From a virus, in the IMG/VR virus record IMGVR_UViG_3300014501_000012, positions 20,832 through 84,831 of that record: a DNA stretch of 64,000 nucleotides; one strand, given 5' to 3'. A program made the position numbers and the translations under genes. Below the pieces are notes generated by a model. It did not search any database. It saw only the letters and a list, made by a program, of their open reading frames with translations, and was not told the origin of the DNA. This document shows, in pieces, positions 29,015 to 38,237 of the stretch. The stretch's first letter is position 1. The number at the start of each line of letters is the position of its first letter.

Positions 29015-29361
29015 CGGTCCTCCGTCTCTGTCGGTGTTCGGTCTGGAAAACAGAACTCGGGGAGATTGTCGTAGTTGCGCAGCCACCCGCAGGCCCACTC
29101 AAAGGAACCGGGAACCGGCAGGTGGAACGCCGTCTTTTCAGGAGACAGCTTATGCAGTCCGCAGACGCCATCTTCACGGCTTGGTCGTCCAGCGCACCCA
29201 CTCAGGTGCCATTCGCAACCCTCCATGTGGCAGTGCGGATTGACAAGGCCCTTGAATCCGAGCGGCGGGTTCGGACACATGAACGCGTCGAGCCCTTCGT
29301 AGTGGCACGGGTCGCCGTTCGGGCATGGGCAGGTCGCATCACCGTGCGGGCACTCAGCCAT
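29011..29361 (-). CDS. Cys/His-rich protein (paralogue of 47870-48235)
   Basis: CPHGD.TCPC..GD.CHYEG.DA..CP.P. Confidence 0.65.
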   Translation of the reverse strand: MAECPHGDATCPCPNGDPCHYEGLDAFMCPNPPLGFKGLVNPHCHMEGCEWHLSGCAGRPSREDGVCGLHKLSPEKTAFHLPVPGSFEWACGWLRNYDNLPEFCFPDRTPTETEDR

Positions 29362-29737
29362 CGGATCCCTCTCCCCCTGTCCGGGCGCTCACCTTTTCCC
29401 AGTTTCGGTGGTACCGGCCGCACCGGTACTCGCCCGGCTCGAACGAGCCTGTTGCCAAGACGATCTGTAGGGCCGTCTCGGTCTGCTTATGCAACTCCCA
29501 CAGCGGAGCACGCCAGGCGGCGTCATCGTCCGTGTCGTAGAGCACCGGGCGCCCAAGGATCTCGGCTATGTCCCGGTGGATGTTCCCGTTGCCATAGGGG
29601 CGTTTGCCGTCGATGGCGGGCGCTCCCCACTCAGTCTCTTCCCAGCGAACGTAGGCCGCTCGGAGCAGCTTGACGTGGTCCTCCGTGAGCGTGAAGGTCT
29701 TCCAACCCCCTATTGGATCCACCTCGGGTTCACCCAT
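29354..29737 (-). CDS. Conserved-looking phage protein
   Basis: GAPAIDGKRPYGN...DIAEILG...LH..T..ALQI.L motif. Confidence 0.65.
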   Translation of the reverse strand: MGEPEVDPIGGWKTFTLTEDHVKLLRAAYVRWEETEWGAPAIDGKRPYGNGNIHRDIAEILGRPVLYDTDDDAAWRAPLWELHKQTETALQIVLATGSFEPGEYRCGRYHRNWEKVSARTGGEGSDG

Positions 29738-30143
29738 CCTCGCCCCTTCGTCCACTCCCACCGCATCGCCCGCACAGATCCTCAGTCGTCTCCCGGTTCC
29801 CGAAGCTGTCGGGTGGACCTGAGTGGTACTGGTGGCCCTGGCCTTCGCAGGCGGGGCAATCGTCGACTCCGAGATCGGCAAGCAGCGACAGCCCCTCTGC
29901 GTGGTCTTCTGTGCAGGCGGGCCAAAGGTCCATGTGGTACTCCCCGCAGCGCGCCTCTTCGGCGGCGTCGATATAAGCGACCAGGCGGGATCTTTGGTCG
30001 TGGTAGGCATCCCACCCGATGGCGTCCAGCGCGGCCGTGGCGAGTTCTTCGGGCACGACTTCGACAAAGCCGTCGTAGAACGCGTCCGCTATCGCTTGCA
30101 GGATCTTGTCGATCGCCTCGCGTCGGTCCGCGGGGGTGCTCAC
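29730..30143 (-). CDS. Protein with DnaJ-type CxxCxGxG zinc finger
   Basis: CPACEGQG / CGRCGGSG. Confidence 0.6.
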   Translation of the reverse strand: MSTPADRREAIDKILQAIADAFYDGFVEVVPEELATAALDAIGWDAYHDQRSRLVAYIDAAEEARCGEYHMDLWPACTEDHAEGLSLLADLGVDDCPACEGQGHQYHSGPPDSFGNRETTEDLCGRCGGSGRRGEDG

Positions 30144-30424
30144 TAGCCCTCCTTCATATCCGTGCAACCGCACACGGGACACGCGTACAGGAGACCGTTG
30201 GCCAGCCGAAGATGGGTGACCGACCAGTGGCCGCATTGGCACATGAACCCGACGATCCGACTGAGCCCGAGCAAGTCGTCCCGCTCGACCTCTTCGAGGA
30301 CCGACACCTGACCGGCCAAGAACCCCTCGCAGTACTCGTCGGAGTAGTCCGAGATGTCAACACCGATCGGGTCCGTCTTCGCCCGCGCCCGTAGCTTCGC
30401 AAACTGCTCGGTCAGTCCTCTCAC
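30143..30424 (-). CDS. Hypothetical zinc-ribbon protein
   Basis: CQCGH...H...CPVCGC. Confidence 0.55.
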   Translation of the reverse strand: MRGLTEQFAKLRARAKTDPIGVDISDYSDEYCEGFLAGQVSVLEEVERDDLLGLSRIVGFMCQCGHWSVTHLRLANGLLYACPVCGCTDMKEG

Positions 30425-30771
30425 GACGCCACCCGTTGCCGCGCCAACTTGACCGCCTCGTCGTGGCCCTTGTCGAGCAGGACCGCCTCGACCTCGCGGA
30501 GGACCGCGTCGTTCACGTCGTCCTCGTCGAGGAGGTGGAGTACGGCGACCGAGTACGGCCCGTCGGGGTAGCGGTCGAAGGCCTCGGCGCGGATGTACCC
30601 GAGCCCGAGAAGCCACCGGTCGACCGGTGCCTGGTTGTTCGTGTCGGACCATCCGCCGATCTCGAACGTCTCCTCGACGGTCCCGGCTTCGTTCGTGACG
30701 ACGTACCGGGAGAACGTCTGCTCGTCGTCCTCGTCGCGCTCGATGCCGAGCCGGTAGGCGGTGCTGGTCAT
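30421..30771 (-). CDS. Hypothetical protein, first gene of inverted operon
   Basis: CCCAAGGAGG SD and TATACT promoter upstream. Confidence 0.7.
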   Translation of the reverse strand: MTSTAYRLGIERDEDDEQTFSRYVVTNEAGTVEETFEIGGWSDTNNQAPVDRWLLGLGYIRAEAFDRYPDGPYSVAVLHLLDEDDVNDAVLREVEAVLLDKGHDEAVKLARQRVAS

Positions 30772-30793
30772 GGGTTCCTCCTTGGGGGTGGAA

Positions 30794-30816
30794 TGCTTGG
30801 TGACTACTAGTATACA
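30794..30816 (-). promoter_or_regulatory. TGTATACTAGTAGTCACCAAGCA promoter (TATACT -10)
   Basis: 23/23 identical to 62059-62081 (+). Confidence 0.75.
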
Positions 30817-30907
30817 TGACGGGAGGGGCCAGGGCCAGAGGCACCCCGGGGACCTGGATAAACACCCTCCCACCGCCCCCGGGTGCTGCCCCATAGACTC
30901 AGCGGCG

Positions 30908-31873
30908 ATGACCGAGACCGACCTCGCTCCCCCGAACGTGGGTGCTCCCCAGGGGCACTATGGGGTGGACGTCAGCTCGAACAACGCCCACCCGATCGAC
31001 TGGCCGGCGGTCGCCACCTACCTGCGCGGACTCGGGGGTGGCCAGCCCTTCGCCATCATCAAAGTCAACGAGGGGACGGGCTACGTCAACCCCGACTTCG
31101 CAGCGGACCTGGCTGCAGCTCGAGCGGCAGGCTTCGCCACGGCGGGCTACCTCATGGATCAGGCGTCGGCCAGCGTGTCAGCCGAGGAGGCGCTGTACCG
31201 AAAGATCGCCGGGGTGCTGCCGCAGACCGACGACGACGAGGAGCCCCAGGGCGACTCACCCGCCCAGTACGCCGCTCACCTGGCGGCTCTGGTTGCTCAG
31301 GACCCAGCCGCGCCGCAGTACGACAACCAGTCGGAGGTGGCCGCTGGGTTTCCCGAGGGCGCCGGGCTTTGGCTCGCGGAGTACAACGGGCAGCCGGGGA
31401 GCGTCAGTCACCCGTGTCTCATGCACCAGTACAGTTCGTCCGCTTCGATCCCGGGCACCGCGGGCCAGTTCGACCTCAACATCTGGCTAGGGAGCGGCGG
31501 GCAGTTTGCAGCGTTCTTCGGGACCGCACCGCCCGCCCCCGGCCCGAATCCCAACCCCGTACCGACCAGCACCCAGGAGGACGACATGATCTGCACTGAC
31601 CCCGAGAGCGGGGACCTGATGGCGACCGACGTCAACGGCGCGCTGTATGCCGACATCCCGTCGCTCACGAACGGGAACCTCATTGACCACCCGAACTTTG
31701 ACGCGGGCGACGCGGAGAGTGGGAACCAGAACCCGTGTATCGGCATCACGCCGTGGAAGGACCCGAGTGGCAAGTGGGGGTGGACGTTCGTGACCAAGCC
31801 CACGTCGGGCGCCGGGGGCTTCGGCCCATACGACCGATACAACTTCGGGCGCGACGGGCAGCCCAACACGTAG
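30908..31873 (+). CDS. Endolysin, GH25 muramidase
   Basis: GVDVSSNN, IIKVNEGTGYVNP.F, D.E, LWLAEY, HQYSS and DLN motifs; Pro linker. Confidence 0.85.
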   Translation: MTETDLAPPNVGAPQGHYGVDVSSNNAHPIDWPAVATYLRGLGGGQPFAIIKVNEGTGYVNPDFAADLAAARAAGFATAGYLMDQASASVSAEEALYRKIAGVLPQTDDDEEPQGDSPAQYAAHLAALVAQDPAAPQYDNQSEVAAGFPEGAGLWLAEYNGQPGSVSHPCLMHQYSSSASIPGTAGQFDLNIWLGSGGQFAAFFGTAPPAPGPNPNPVPTSTQEDDMICTDPESGDLMATDVNGALYADIPSLTNGNLIDHPNFDAGDAESGNQNPCIGITPWKDPSGKWGWTFVTKPTSGAGGFGPYDRYNFGRDGQPNT

Positions 31874-31877
31874 CCCG

Positions 31878-32066
31878 ATGAGCGCCAACGACATCATCGC
31901 CGTGAGCGCCATGATCTCCGCCGTCGCCGCGTGCATCGCCGCGGTGGCGACTCTGCGTGGCAACGGCCGGACTGGGCGCCATCTCCACGCTCAGGACGCC
32001 GCTCTCGTCCAAGCTGGAGTGATCGAACCCGTCGTCCTGCCAGCAGATCAGAAGGGATCGACCTGA
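31878..32066 (+). CDS. Small membrane protein
   Basis: N-terminal hydrophobic helix. Confidence 0.55.
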   Translation: MSANDIIAVSAMISAVAACIAAVATLRGNGRTGRHLHAQDAALVQAGVIEPVVLPADQKGST

Positions 32067-32683
32067 TGGTAAAGGGCAACACGCCTCCCGGTCCTGGTGT
32101 CGACGCGTCCGGCCAAGCCGTGATTGACCCTACCGCCAACGTCATCGCGATCCTGACAGCGGCGGTCGATCGGCAGGACGATCTTCGGGACCTCGGGTTC
32201 AGCTGTATCCGGGAGGTACAAGCACTCCAGCGTGAGTTCGACAAGGAACGCCGTGAGTTTGCCCACGAGATCAGAGCGGCTGAATCTGCTCGCATCGACG
32301 CCATCCGAACCGTCGATGTTGCTGCCGTCCAGCGGGCGGCGGAGGTGGCCGCCGAGGCCGTGCAGACGCTCGCGGCTCAGGTCCCGATCACCGCCGAGGC
32401 TGTCCGGACGTCTCTTGCCGCCGCGCTCGGCCCGATCCTGAACGACATTGGCGAGTTGCGGAAGGTGCAATACGAGCAACAGGGGCAGAAGGCTGCTGGT
32501 GATGATCCGATGGTGCGGGCGCTGGCCGAGTTCCGGCAGTTCATGATCGAGACACAAACACAGAAGGACGTGGCGGTCGAGCAGAAGGGATCGAACCAAT
32601 GGGGGATCGGGCTCGCCGTGATCGGGTTCCTGTCGTTCGCTTCGATCATGACATCCGTCGTCGTACTTATCATCCACGGATAG
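32066..32683 (+). CDS. Coiled-coil protein with C-terminal transmembrane helix
   Basis: TGATG overlap; hydrophobic C-terminus. Confidence 0.65.
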   Translation: MVKGNTPPGPGVDASGQAVIDPTANVIAILTAAVDRQDDLRDLGFSCIREVQALQREFDKERREFAHEIRAAESARIDAIRTVDVAAVQRAAEVAAEAVQTLAAQVPITAEAVRTSLAAALGPILNDIGELRKVQYEQQGQKAAGDDPMVRALAEFRQFMIETQTQKDVAVEQKGSNQWGIGLAVIGFLSFASIMTSVVVLIIHG

Positions 32684-32693
32684 GGAGAAACTT

Positions 32694-32960
32694 ATGGGAC
32701 CACTGAGTGCAGTAGCCGGAATCGGTTGGCTGATCTTTTTCGGAGGTATCCAGATCGGATGGTGGGCGACGGACAAGCCTGCCGTACTTGGCTGGGTGTC
32801 CATCATTGCCGCGGCACTGATCGCGCTTGATCTGTTCTGGCACCACGGGCGCGAATGGTTCGGCCGTAAGCGGTCCGAGTCGGGCCAGGTCGTCACCGTG
32901 CTCGTGGTGATCTTGATCGTCATCGTGATCTGCATCCTGCTCGGGGTCGTCGTCCGCTGA
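32694..32960 (+). CDS. Holin-like membrane protein (3 TM)
   Basis: Three hydrophobic segments; in lysis cassette. Confidence 0.55.
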   Translation: MGPLSAVAGIGWLIFFGGIQIGWWATDKPAVLGWVSIIAAALIALDLFWHHGREWFGRKRSESGQVVTVLVVILIVIVICILLGVVVR

Positions 32961-33418
32961 TGGTCGACACCCCGCCAGTCGAGGACAAGCCCATCCCGTT
33001 GTGGCAGACGTTGACCGTCATCGGGTACGTGGTCGCGGTCATCGGGATCACCGTCGGACTCGGCATCGCCTGCGGATGGGAGTGGCTGTGGCAGCGGATC
33101 CTCGCGGATTTCTGGCCGTTGGACAACGCGCACGTCGCCCCCAACATCCTGGCCTCGGTCATCCAGTACACGGTGATAGCGATCGCCGTGGTCCTGCTCT
33201 GGCCGACGGTTCGCAGGCGGATCCACAAGTTCGTTGACGCCAAGGTCCAACATGTCAAGGACCACGTGACCGAGAGCCACCGGAAGCTGGCCGCCCACGT
33301 GACCGCTGAGCACGACGCCATCCATGAGAGGTTTGACCATCTACACGAGCACTTGAAGATCCCCCCGTTGCCAGAGGGCAAAGGGGTTCGCCCACCACGA
33401 CCCGAGGAGAAACCATGA
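32960..33418 (+). CDS. Membrane protein (2 TM, His-rich tail)
   Basis: Hydrophobic segments. Confidence 0.55.
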   Translation: MVDTPPVEDKPIPLWQTLTVIGYVVAVIGITVGLGIACGWEWLWQRILADFWPLDNAHVAPNILASVIQYTVIAIAVVLLWPTVRRRIHKFVDAKVQHVKDHVTESHRKLAAHVTAEHDAIHERFDHLHEHLKIPPLPEGKGVRPPRPEEKP

Positions 33419-34626
33419 ACACCGTCCGCCGCATCCCCGAGCTCATCGTCCCAGGCAAGCGCCTCGGGCGACACGTCAACCACGACGACCGCTCGCTGGC
33501 CTACGCGCTCCCCGAGGCCGACACCGTGGTCAGCGTCCAATGGTCCCGGGTCATCCCAATTTTGGATCAGGGGGCCGTCGGCGCCTGTACTGGCAACGCA
33601 TGCACCGGGATCCTTGGGACCGTGCCCGATTATCGGGACCTCGCGGCCAAGCTCGCCGCTGGCCTGGTTCTCGACGAAGCCGAGGCTTTGACGCTGTACT
33701 CGGCGGCCGAGACGATCGACGGTGACGGCCCGTACCCGCCGAACGACAACGGGTCCTCGGGACTCTCGGTAGCTCAGGCGGCCAAGAACGCCGGGCTGTG
33801 CTCGGGCTACGTCCACGCCCTGAGCGTTGCCGGGGCCCACACCGCCATCCAGGCCGGCCCGTTCATGGTCGGCTCGGACTGGTACACGAGCTTCGACACC
33901 CCCGACCCCAACGGGCTTGTGGCGATCGCTCCCGGCGCCACCGTCCGCGGCGGCCACGAGTACGAGTGCATCGGCTACGACGCGGCCAGCGACCTGTGGC
34001 ACCTGGTCAACTCCTGGGGGACCACCTACGGCGTCGAGGGGCACTTCTACTACTCGACGGCCACCTTCGCCGATCTTCTCGCCAGCGATGGGGACGTGAC
34101 CTCGTTGGTCCCGTTGAGCCTGCCTGCCCCCACGCCCTCCCCGGCGCCCGCTCCCCCGGCTCCTGCGCCGACGCCGAGCCCACCGCCATCCCCCGCACCA
34201 GTCCCAACCCCACCGCCGTCCGGGTGCAGCCCGTTCGGCTCGAACAGAGGAGCAGCCATGGCCGCCTACCAGAACGCGACGGACGTCCCCGACCGCGTCA
34301 TCGTTCCCTCGGTGCCGATCCCTTCGATCCCCCTGCCGACGTGGAGCGATCCGGCGTCGGTGACTGCCTTCATCATCTCGGCCACCACCCTCACGCTCGG
34401 CATCCTGACGATGTTGCACGTGACCGTCCCCGCGAGCGTGTCGAACAACGTCACCACGTGGGCGGGGCTCGCCGGAGTCGCCATCGCCGCGCTGGTGCCG
34501 GTGTTCAACTGGGTCCGGGTCCACCTCGGGAGCAAGGTGGCGATGCAGATGGGGGTCCCGGTGCGCAACCGCTACGGGGCGGTCTATCTGACGCAGGGGC
34601 CTGCCAGACCATCCATACAGGGCTGA
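33415..34626 (+). CDS. Papain-like (C1) cysteine peptidase fused via Pro linker to a 2-TM holin-like segment
   Basis: DQG..GACTG, GGH and NSWG motifs; internal AGAGGAG SD with in-frame ATG at 34258. Confidence 0.75.
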   Translation: MNTVRRIPELIVPGKRLGRHVNHDDRSLAYALPEADTVVSVQWSRVIPILDQGAVGACTGNACTGILGTVPDYRDLAAKLAAGLVLDEAEALTLYSAAETIDGDGPYPPNDNGSSGLSVAQAAKNAGLCSGYVHALSVAGAHTAIQAGPFMVGSDWYTSFDTPDPNGLVAIAPGATVRGGHEYECIGYDAASDLWHLVNSWGTTYGVEGHFYYSTATFADLLASDGDVTSLVPLSLPAPTPSPAPAPPAPAPTPSPPPSPAPVPTPPPSGCSPFGSNRGAAMAAYQNATDVPDRVIVPSVPIPSIPLPTWSDPASVTAFIISATTLTLGILTMLHVTVPASVSNNVTTWAGLAGVAIAALVPVFNWVRVHLGSKVAMQMGVPVRNRYGAVYLTQGPARPSIQG

Positions 34627-34639
34627 GAGTCCTCGCCGC

Positions 34640-34774
34640 TTAGCGGCGCGCCCAGCACGGGTCGTCCATCTCCAGGTCCATCACGGCGATCCGGATCCGG
34701 AGGAGCGCCCTCTTGGCCTCGGGGCTCATGGCGTCCCACTGGGACTGGGTGGTCGGGGTTTCGATCGGGTTCAT
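34640..34774 (-). CDS. 44-aa leaderless micro-ORF (MNPIETPTTQ...WARR)
   Basis: ATG lies 7 nt after TATACT -10; too short for the ORF track. Confidence 0.5.
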   Translation of the reverse strand: MNPIETPTTQSQWDAMSPEAKRALLRIRIAVMDLEMDDPCWARR

Positions 34775-34889
34775 GGGTACTAGTATACACGGCCGACCCC
34801 CGAATACCAGGGGTTTCGACCAGAAATAGGCGGGAGTTTCTCCCCGTTTGCCCTGGTAATCGGGTGGGGACCATGTATACTAGTACCCA
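34774..34889. promoter_or_regulatory. Divergent promoter pair formed by a 16-bp inverted repeat TGTATACTAGTACCCA
   Basis: 34774-34789 is the exact reverse complement of 34874-34889. Confidence 0.75.
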
Positions 34890-34922
34890 CCAGGCAGGAC
34901 CCGACCCAAGGAGGAAGCCCAG

Positions 34923-35288
34923 ATGGGACTCGTAATCAGTGTTTGCAGGGAAGTCGAGACCGGAGATTGCACGGCTGGCGGGATCTCCGGTCGGCACGGC
35001 CGCCTGACCGTGGTCAACATCGACGGGCCGTTCGACCCGACGCCTGACGCGCCCGCCGTCGCCCTGATCGACGGGCATCGGCCCGGCGACAAGATCCTGG
35101 TCCCGGTCATCTCTAACGGCGTCGCGTACCAGCGCGTCAGCCCAGAGGGGTTCACGGGTCCGATGTTCGGCGGCAACTTCGGGGCCACCTCGGACAGCCG
35201 ATTCGGTCGGGCGACGGGGATCTACGGCGCCATCCCGATCCACGACCGGTTCGAGACCCATGAGGTCTATGCCGCGATGTCGGACTGA
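34923..35288 (+). CDS. Hypothetical early protein
   Basis: CCCAAGGAGG SD; MFGGNF..TSDSRF...IPIHDR.E motif. Confidence 0.75.
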   Translation: MGLVISVCREVETGDCTAGGISGRHGRLTVVNIDGPFDPTPDAPAVALIDGHRPGDKILVPVISNGVAYQRVSPEGFTGPMFGGNFGATSDSRFGRATGIYGAIPIHDRFETHEVYAAMSD

Positions 35289-35303
35289 CCCTCGGTAGCA
35301 TCA

Positions 35304-35482
35304 TGGCTGGGCCTTTCAGGAGGGGTCCCACGACGCGGGAGGTTCTTTCGAGGGACCTCCCGTTGTCGCGTGGGTGGTGTTACGATCCGCGGCCAGGGAA
35401 CCGTCGCCATAGCGGCGTTTCCTCCTTGGGGCGAGCGTCCGCTCTTCCGGGTTCGACGGGTCCTTTGCGGGTCGCCCAGCCA
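35304..35482 (+). ncRNA. Candidate structured ncRNA or terminator region
   Basis: Closing stem TGGCTGGGC/GCCCAGCCA with several internal hairpins; TAGCAT and TGnTACGAT -10 boxes. Confidence 0.35.
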
Positions 35483-35540
35483 ACTCCGGGGGGGCGGGCG
35501 TTCGCATGTCACACCCTCGTCGTAGGGTTGGTGCTGGCTC

Positions 35541-35554
35541 GCTACACCTGTAGC
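35541..35554. promoter_or_regulatory. Palindromic operator GCTACACCTGTAGC
   Basis: Recurs at 41798, 51337, 52971 and (variant) 62027. Confidence 0.7.
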
Positions 35555-35585
35555 GGGTAGGGTCTACCCACCCAAGGAGGTGCCC

Positions 35586-36557
35586 ATGACCGTGACTAGC
35601 GAAGTGATCGACGCCCACGCCGAGGTCGTCGTCGAAGACACGACGAAGTTGGAGCGGCCCGAGTGGCTGGCTTTGCGCCGGCTCGGGATCGGCGGCTCCG
35701 ACGCGGCGGCCGCTCTCTCGCTCAGCCCCTACGACTCGCGCTACGCCCTGTGGGTGGACAAGACCATGGGCGTCGACGACGAGGACAACGAGTCGATGTT
35801 CTGGGGGCGCCAGCTCGAAGAGGCCATCGGGCGCGGCTACGCCATCAAGACGGGCAAGGTCGTCGAGCGGTTCCCCAAGCTCCTGCGGTCTCGGCGGTGG
35901 CCCCACATGCAGGTGAACCTCGACTTCATCAACCCGGCCGAACTCGAGGTCGTCGAGGTCAAGAACACGGGGGCCCACATGGGCGACCTGTGGCAGGACG
36001 ACGATGGCCGCCCGGTCGTCCCCCCGCACTACGCCATCCAAGGGCTGCACGAGCTGGCGGTGACCGGCTTCGAGCGCACCACGTTCCCCGTCCTCGTCGG
36101 TGGCAACCGGATGAAGATGGTCACCATCGAGCGCGACGACAAGGTCATCGAAGACCTGGCCGAGGCCGAGGCGGCGTTCTGGAAGCTCGTCGAAGAGAAC
36201 ACCCCTCCGGCCGTGGATGGCAGCCGGGCGACGTCGGAGACCCTCGCCGCCATCTACGGGGACCCCGACCCCGACAGCATCATCGCCCTCGACGACTATC
36301 GCACCTCCGACGGGGAGTCGGTACCTGATCTGGTGAAGGGCTACAAAGACGCCGCCGCCCGAGTGAAGGCGGCGAAGGACGACCAGGACTACTACAAGAA
36401 CAACCTTTTGGCGGCCATGGGTGACTTCGAGGTCGCCATCATCGGTGGCCATCCCGTCGTGACCTTCAAGAAGGTCGACAACGGGGGCTACACCAGCGTC
36501 GTTCAACCGTTCTCCTACCGCCGTATCAACACCAAACCCAAGGGAGCCCAGAAATGA
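35586..36557 (+). CDS. YqaJ-like viral recombinase exonuclease
   Basis: WL..RR.GIGGSD, G..LE, D and EVK motifs, Q...EL. Confidence 0.9.
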   Translation: MTVTSEVIDAHAEVVVEDTTKLERPEWLALRRLGIGGSDAAAALSLSPYDSRYALWVDKTMGVDDEDNESMFWGRQLEEAIGRGYAIKTGKVVERFPKLLRSRRWPHMQVNLDFINPAELEVVEVKNTGAHMGDLWQDDDGRPVVPPHYAIQGLHELAVTGFERTTFPVLVGGNRMKMVTIERDDKVIEDLAEAEAAFWKLVEENTPPAVDGSRATSETLAAIYGDPDPDSIIALDDYRTSDGESVPDLVKGYKDAAARVKAAKDDQDYYKNNLLAAMGDFEVAIIGGHPVVTFKKVDNGGYTSVVQPFSYRRINTKPKGAQK

Positions 36558-37906
36558 CCACGACAGCGACACCCACCGCCAGCACCGACTCGGTCGGCGC
36601 CGCCATCGCCGAGCGCCGCAACAGTCCTGAACGCGCCGGCAAGACGATGGCTGAGCACGTCCGGGACCACCGCGAGGCGATCGCCAGCATGCTCGGTAGC
36701 GAGGCCAAGGCCGACCGATTTATCTCGGTCGCGTTGCACCACTACAACGAGAACGGGTCGCTCAAGAACGTGACCATGCCGCTCACGATCCTGGGTGCCA
36801 TCATGCGGGCGGCCTCGCTACGACTCGACTTCACGCTGGACACTTGCTACATCGGCCCGCGCAAGAAGAAGGTCGGCAGCGGGTGGGCCACCGTGGCGCA
36901 GTTCCAGCTCGGATACAAAGGAATCATCGACCTCGCTCGGCGGTCACAAGAAATCAAGGAGATCGTCGCGCGGCCCGTATACGCGGGCGAGCCCTTCCAG
37001 ATCTGGACGGATGAACTAGGCGACCACATGCGCCACGAGCGTCACCCTGAGCTGCAAACCGGCGATATCCTTTTTCACTACTCGCTGGCCGTGTTCACGA
37101 ACGGCGGCAGCAACATTCAGATCGCCACGCTGGAGGATGTCGCCAAGCGGCGCGAGGCGAGCGACATGGGAACGTCCGAGTACGGGCCGTGGGTCAAGTG
37201 GCCGGTCGAGATGGCCAACAAGACGGCTGTCAGGATGCAGTCACCGTGGCTCCCCCTCAGCGTGGAAGCCCGCCAGGGAATCGAAGCGGACGAGACGGTC
37301 GTCGAATACACTCCGAGCGGCTTCATCCGGGAGGCGCCGAGCCCGGCCGAGGAGCCTCAGCCCCCCGACGGGCTGGACGCCGGGACCCCGACGCTCGGGC
37401 GCGAGAACGTCCTGGAGAACATCGTGGGCTACATGGAGGCGCTCGAGCCCAAGGACCGCAACGCCTGCGGGTCGTACCTCTTGCGTACCTACGGATCGCT
37501 CGACCGGGTCCCCGACGAGCAGTTGGCCACGGTCCTCGAGATCGCCCGAGACTGGGCGGAGAAGGGCCAGCCGGGCGGTGGCCCCCAGACGGCCTCAGAT
37601 GCCCCAGGAGCCCCGGGGGGTGCCGAACCCCCGTCAGAGGCGCCAGCGGGGCGGGACGGTGCCGATCTGGGGGAGTCGGGGCAAACGGGCGACCCCCAGC
37701 CTGGGCCATCGGGCCGGATCGATGAAGACCTCCTCGACAAGACCCAGCGGGTGATCGAGACCTGGACACCCGAGCAGGTGGACCGGATCAGCCGGGAGTG
37801 GGAGATCCCGGTGCAGGGCAAGATCGAGGCGCGCCGGCTCCGTCTCGTCGAGCGCCTGACCCGCGAGCGCCAGGCCGGGAACCAGGCGGCGATAGATCTC
37901 TTCTAG
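36554..37906 (+). CDS. recT: RecT-family ssDNA annealing protein with long C-terminal extension
   Basis: QFQLGYKG.I.LARRS and PW..W..EMA.KT motifs. Confidence 0.9.
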   Translation: MTTTATPTASTDSVGAAIAERRNSPERAGKTMAEHVRDHREAIASMLGSEAKADRFISVALHHYNENGSLKNVTMPLTILGAIMRAASLRLDFTLDTCYIGPRKKKVGSGWATVAQFQLGYKGIIDLARRSQEIKEIVARPVYAGEPFQIWTDELGDHMRHERHPELQTGDILFHYSLAVFTNGGSNIQIATLEDVAKRREASDMGTSEYGPWVKWPVEMANKTAVRMQSPWLPLSVEARQGIEADETVVEYTPSGFIREAPSPAEEPQPPDGLDAGTPTLGRENVLENIVGYMEALEPKDRNACGSYLLRTYGSLDRVPDEQLATVLEIARDWAEKGQPGGGPQTASDAPGAPGGAEPPSEAPAGRDGADLGESGQTGDPQPGPSGRIDEDLLDKTQRVIETWTPEQVDRISREWEIPVQGKIEARRLRLVERLTRERQAGNQAAIDLF

Positions 37907-37932
37907 GTCCCCGGCCCGATCTGGGCTCCCGC

Positions 37933-37943
37933 GTATACTAGTA
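37933..37943 (+). promoter_or_regulatory. GTATACTAGTA promoter
   Basis: Same motif as four other sites; followed by CCCAAGGAGG SD. Confidence 0.7.
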
Positions 37944-37973
37944 ACCATCCCCAAACCCAAGGAGGGAAACCCC

Positions 37974-38237
37974 ATGAGACCAGTGCACCCGGAGGACAAG
38001 TCCGTCGTCGAGATCCTGCTACTCGGCGCGGCGGTCGGCGCGTTCATCACCGGGGCGGTCCTCGCCCTGGCGCTGTCGCCGGGGGAGATCGGCCCGGAGG
38101 TCGGGGTCTTCGTCGGTGGCGTCGCCGTGGCGGTGATGTTCGTCGGGCTCGCGCTCGCCGTCCACTTTCACCGTCAGGCGCGGTTTGCTGAGGCCCGCGA
38201 CTTCTGGGCGTGGAAGCGCCGCGGGCAGCTCCGGTGA
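37974..38237 (+). CDS. Small membrane protein (2 TM)
   Basis: Hydrophobic helices; strong SD. Confidence 0.65.
   Translation: MRPVHPEDKSVVEILLLGAAVGAFITGAVLALALSPGEIGPEVGVFVGGVAVAVMFVGLALAVHFHRQARFAEARDFWAWKRRGQLR

Noticed and set aside
35440-35480. tRNA (GGTTCGA T-loop-like)
   Set aside because: No cloverleaf could be built around it.
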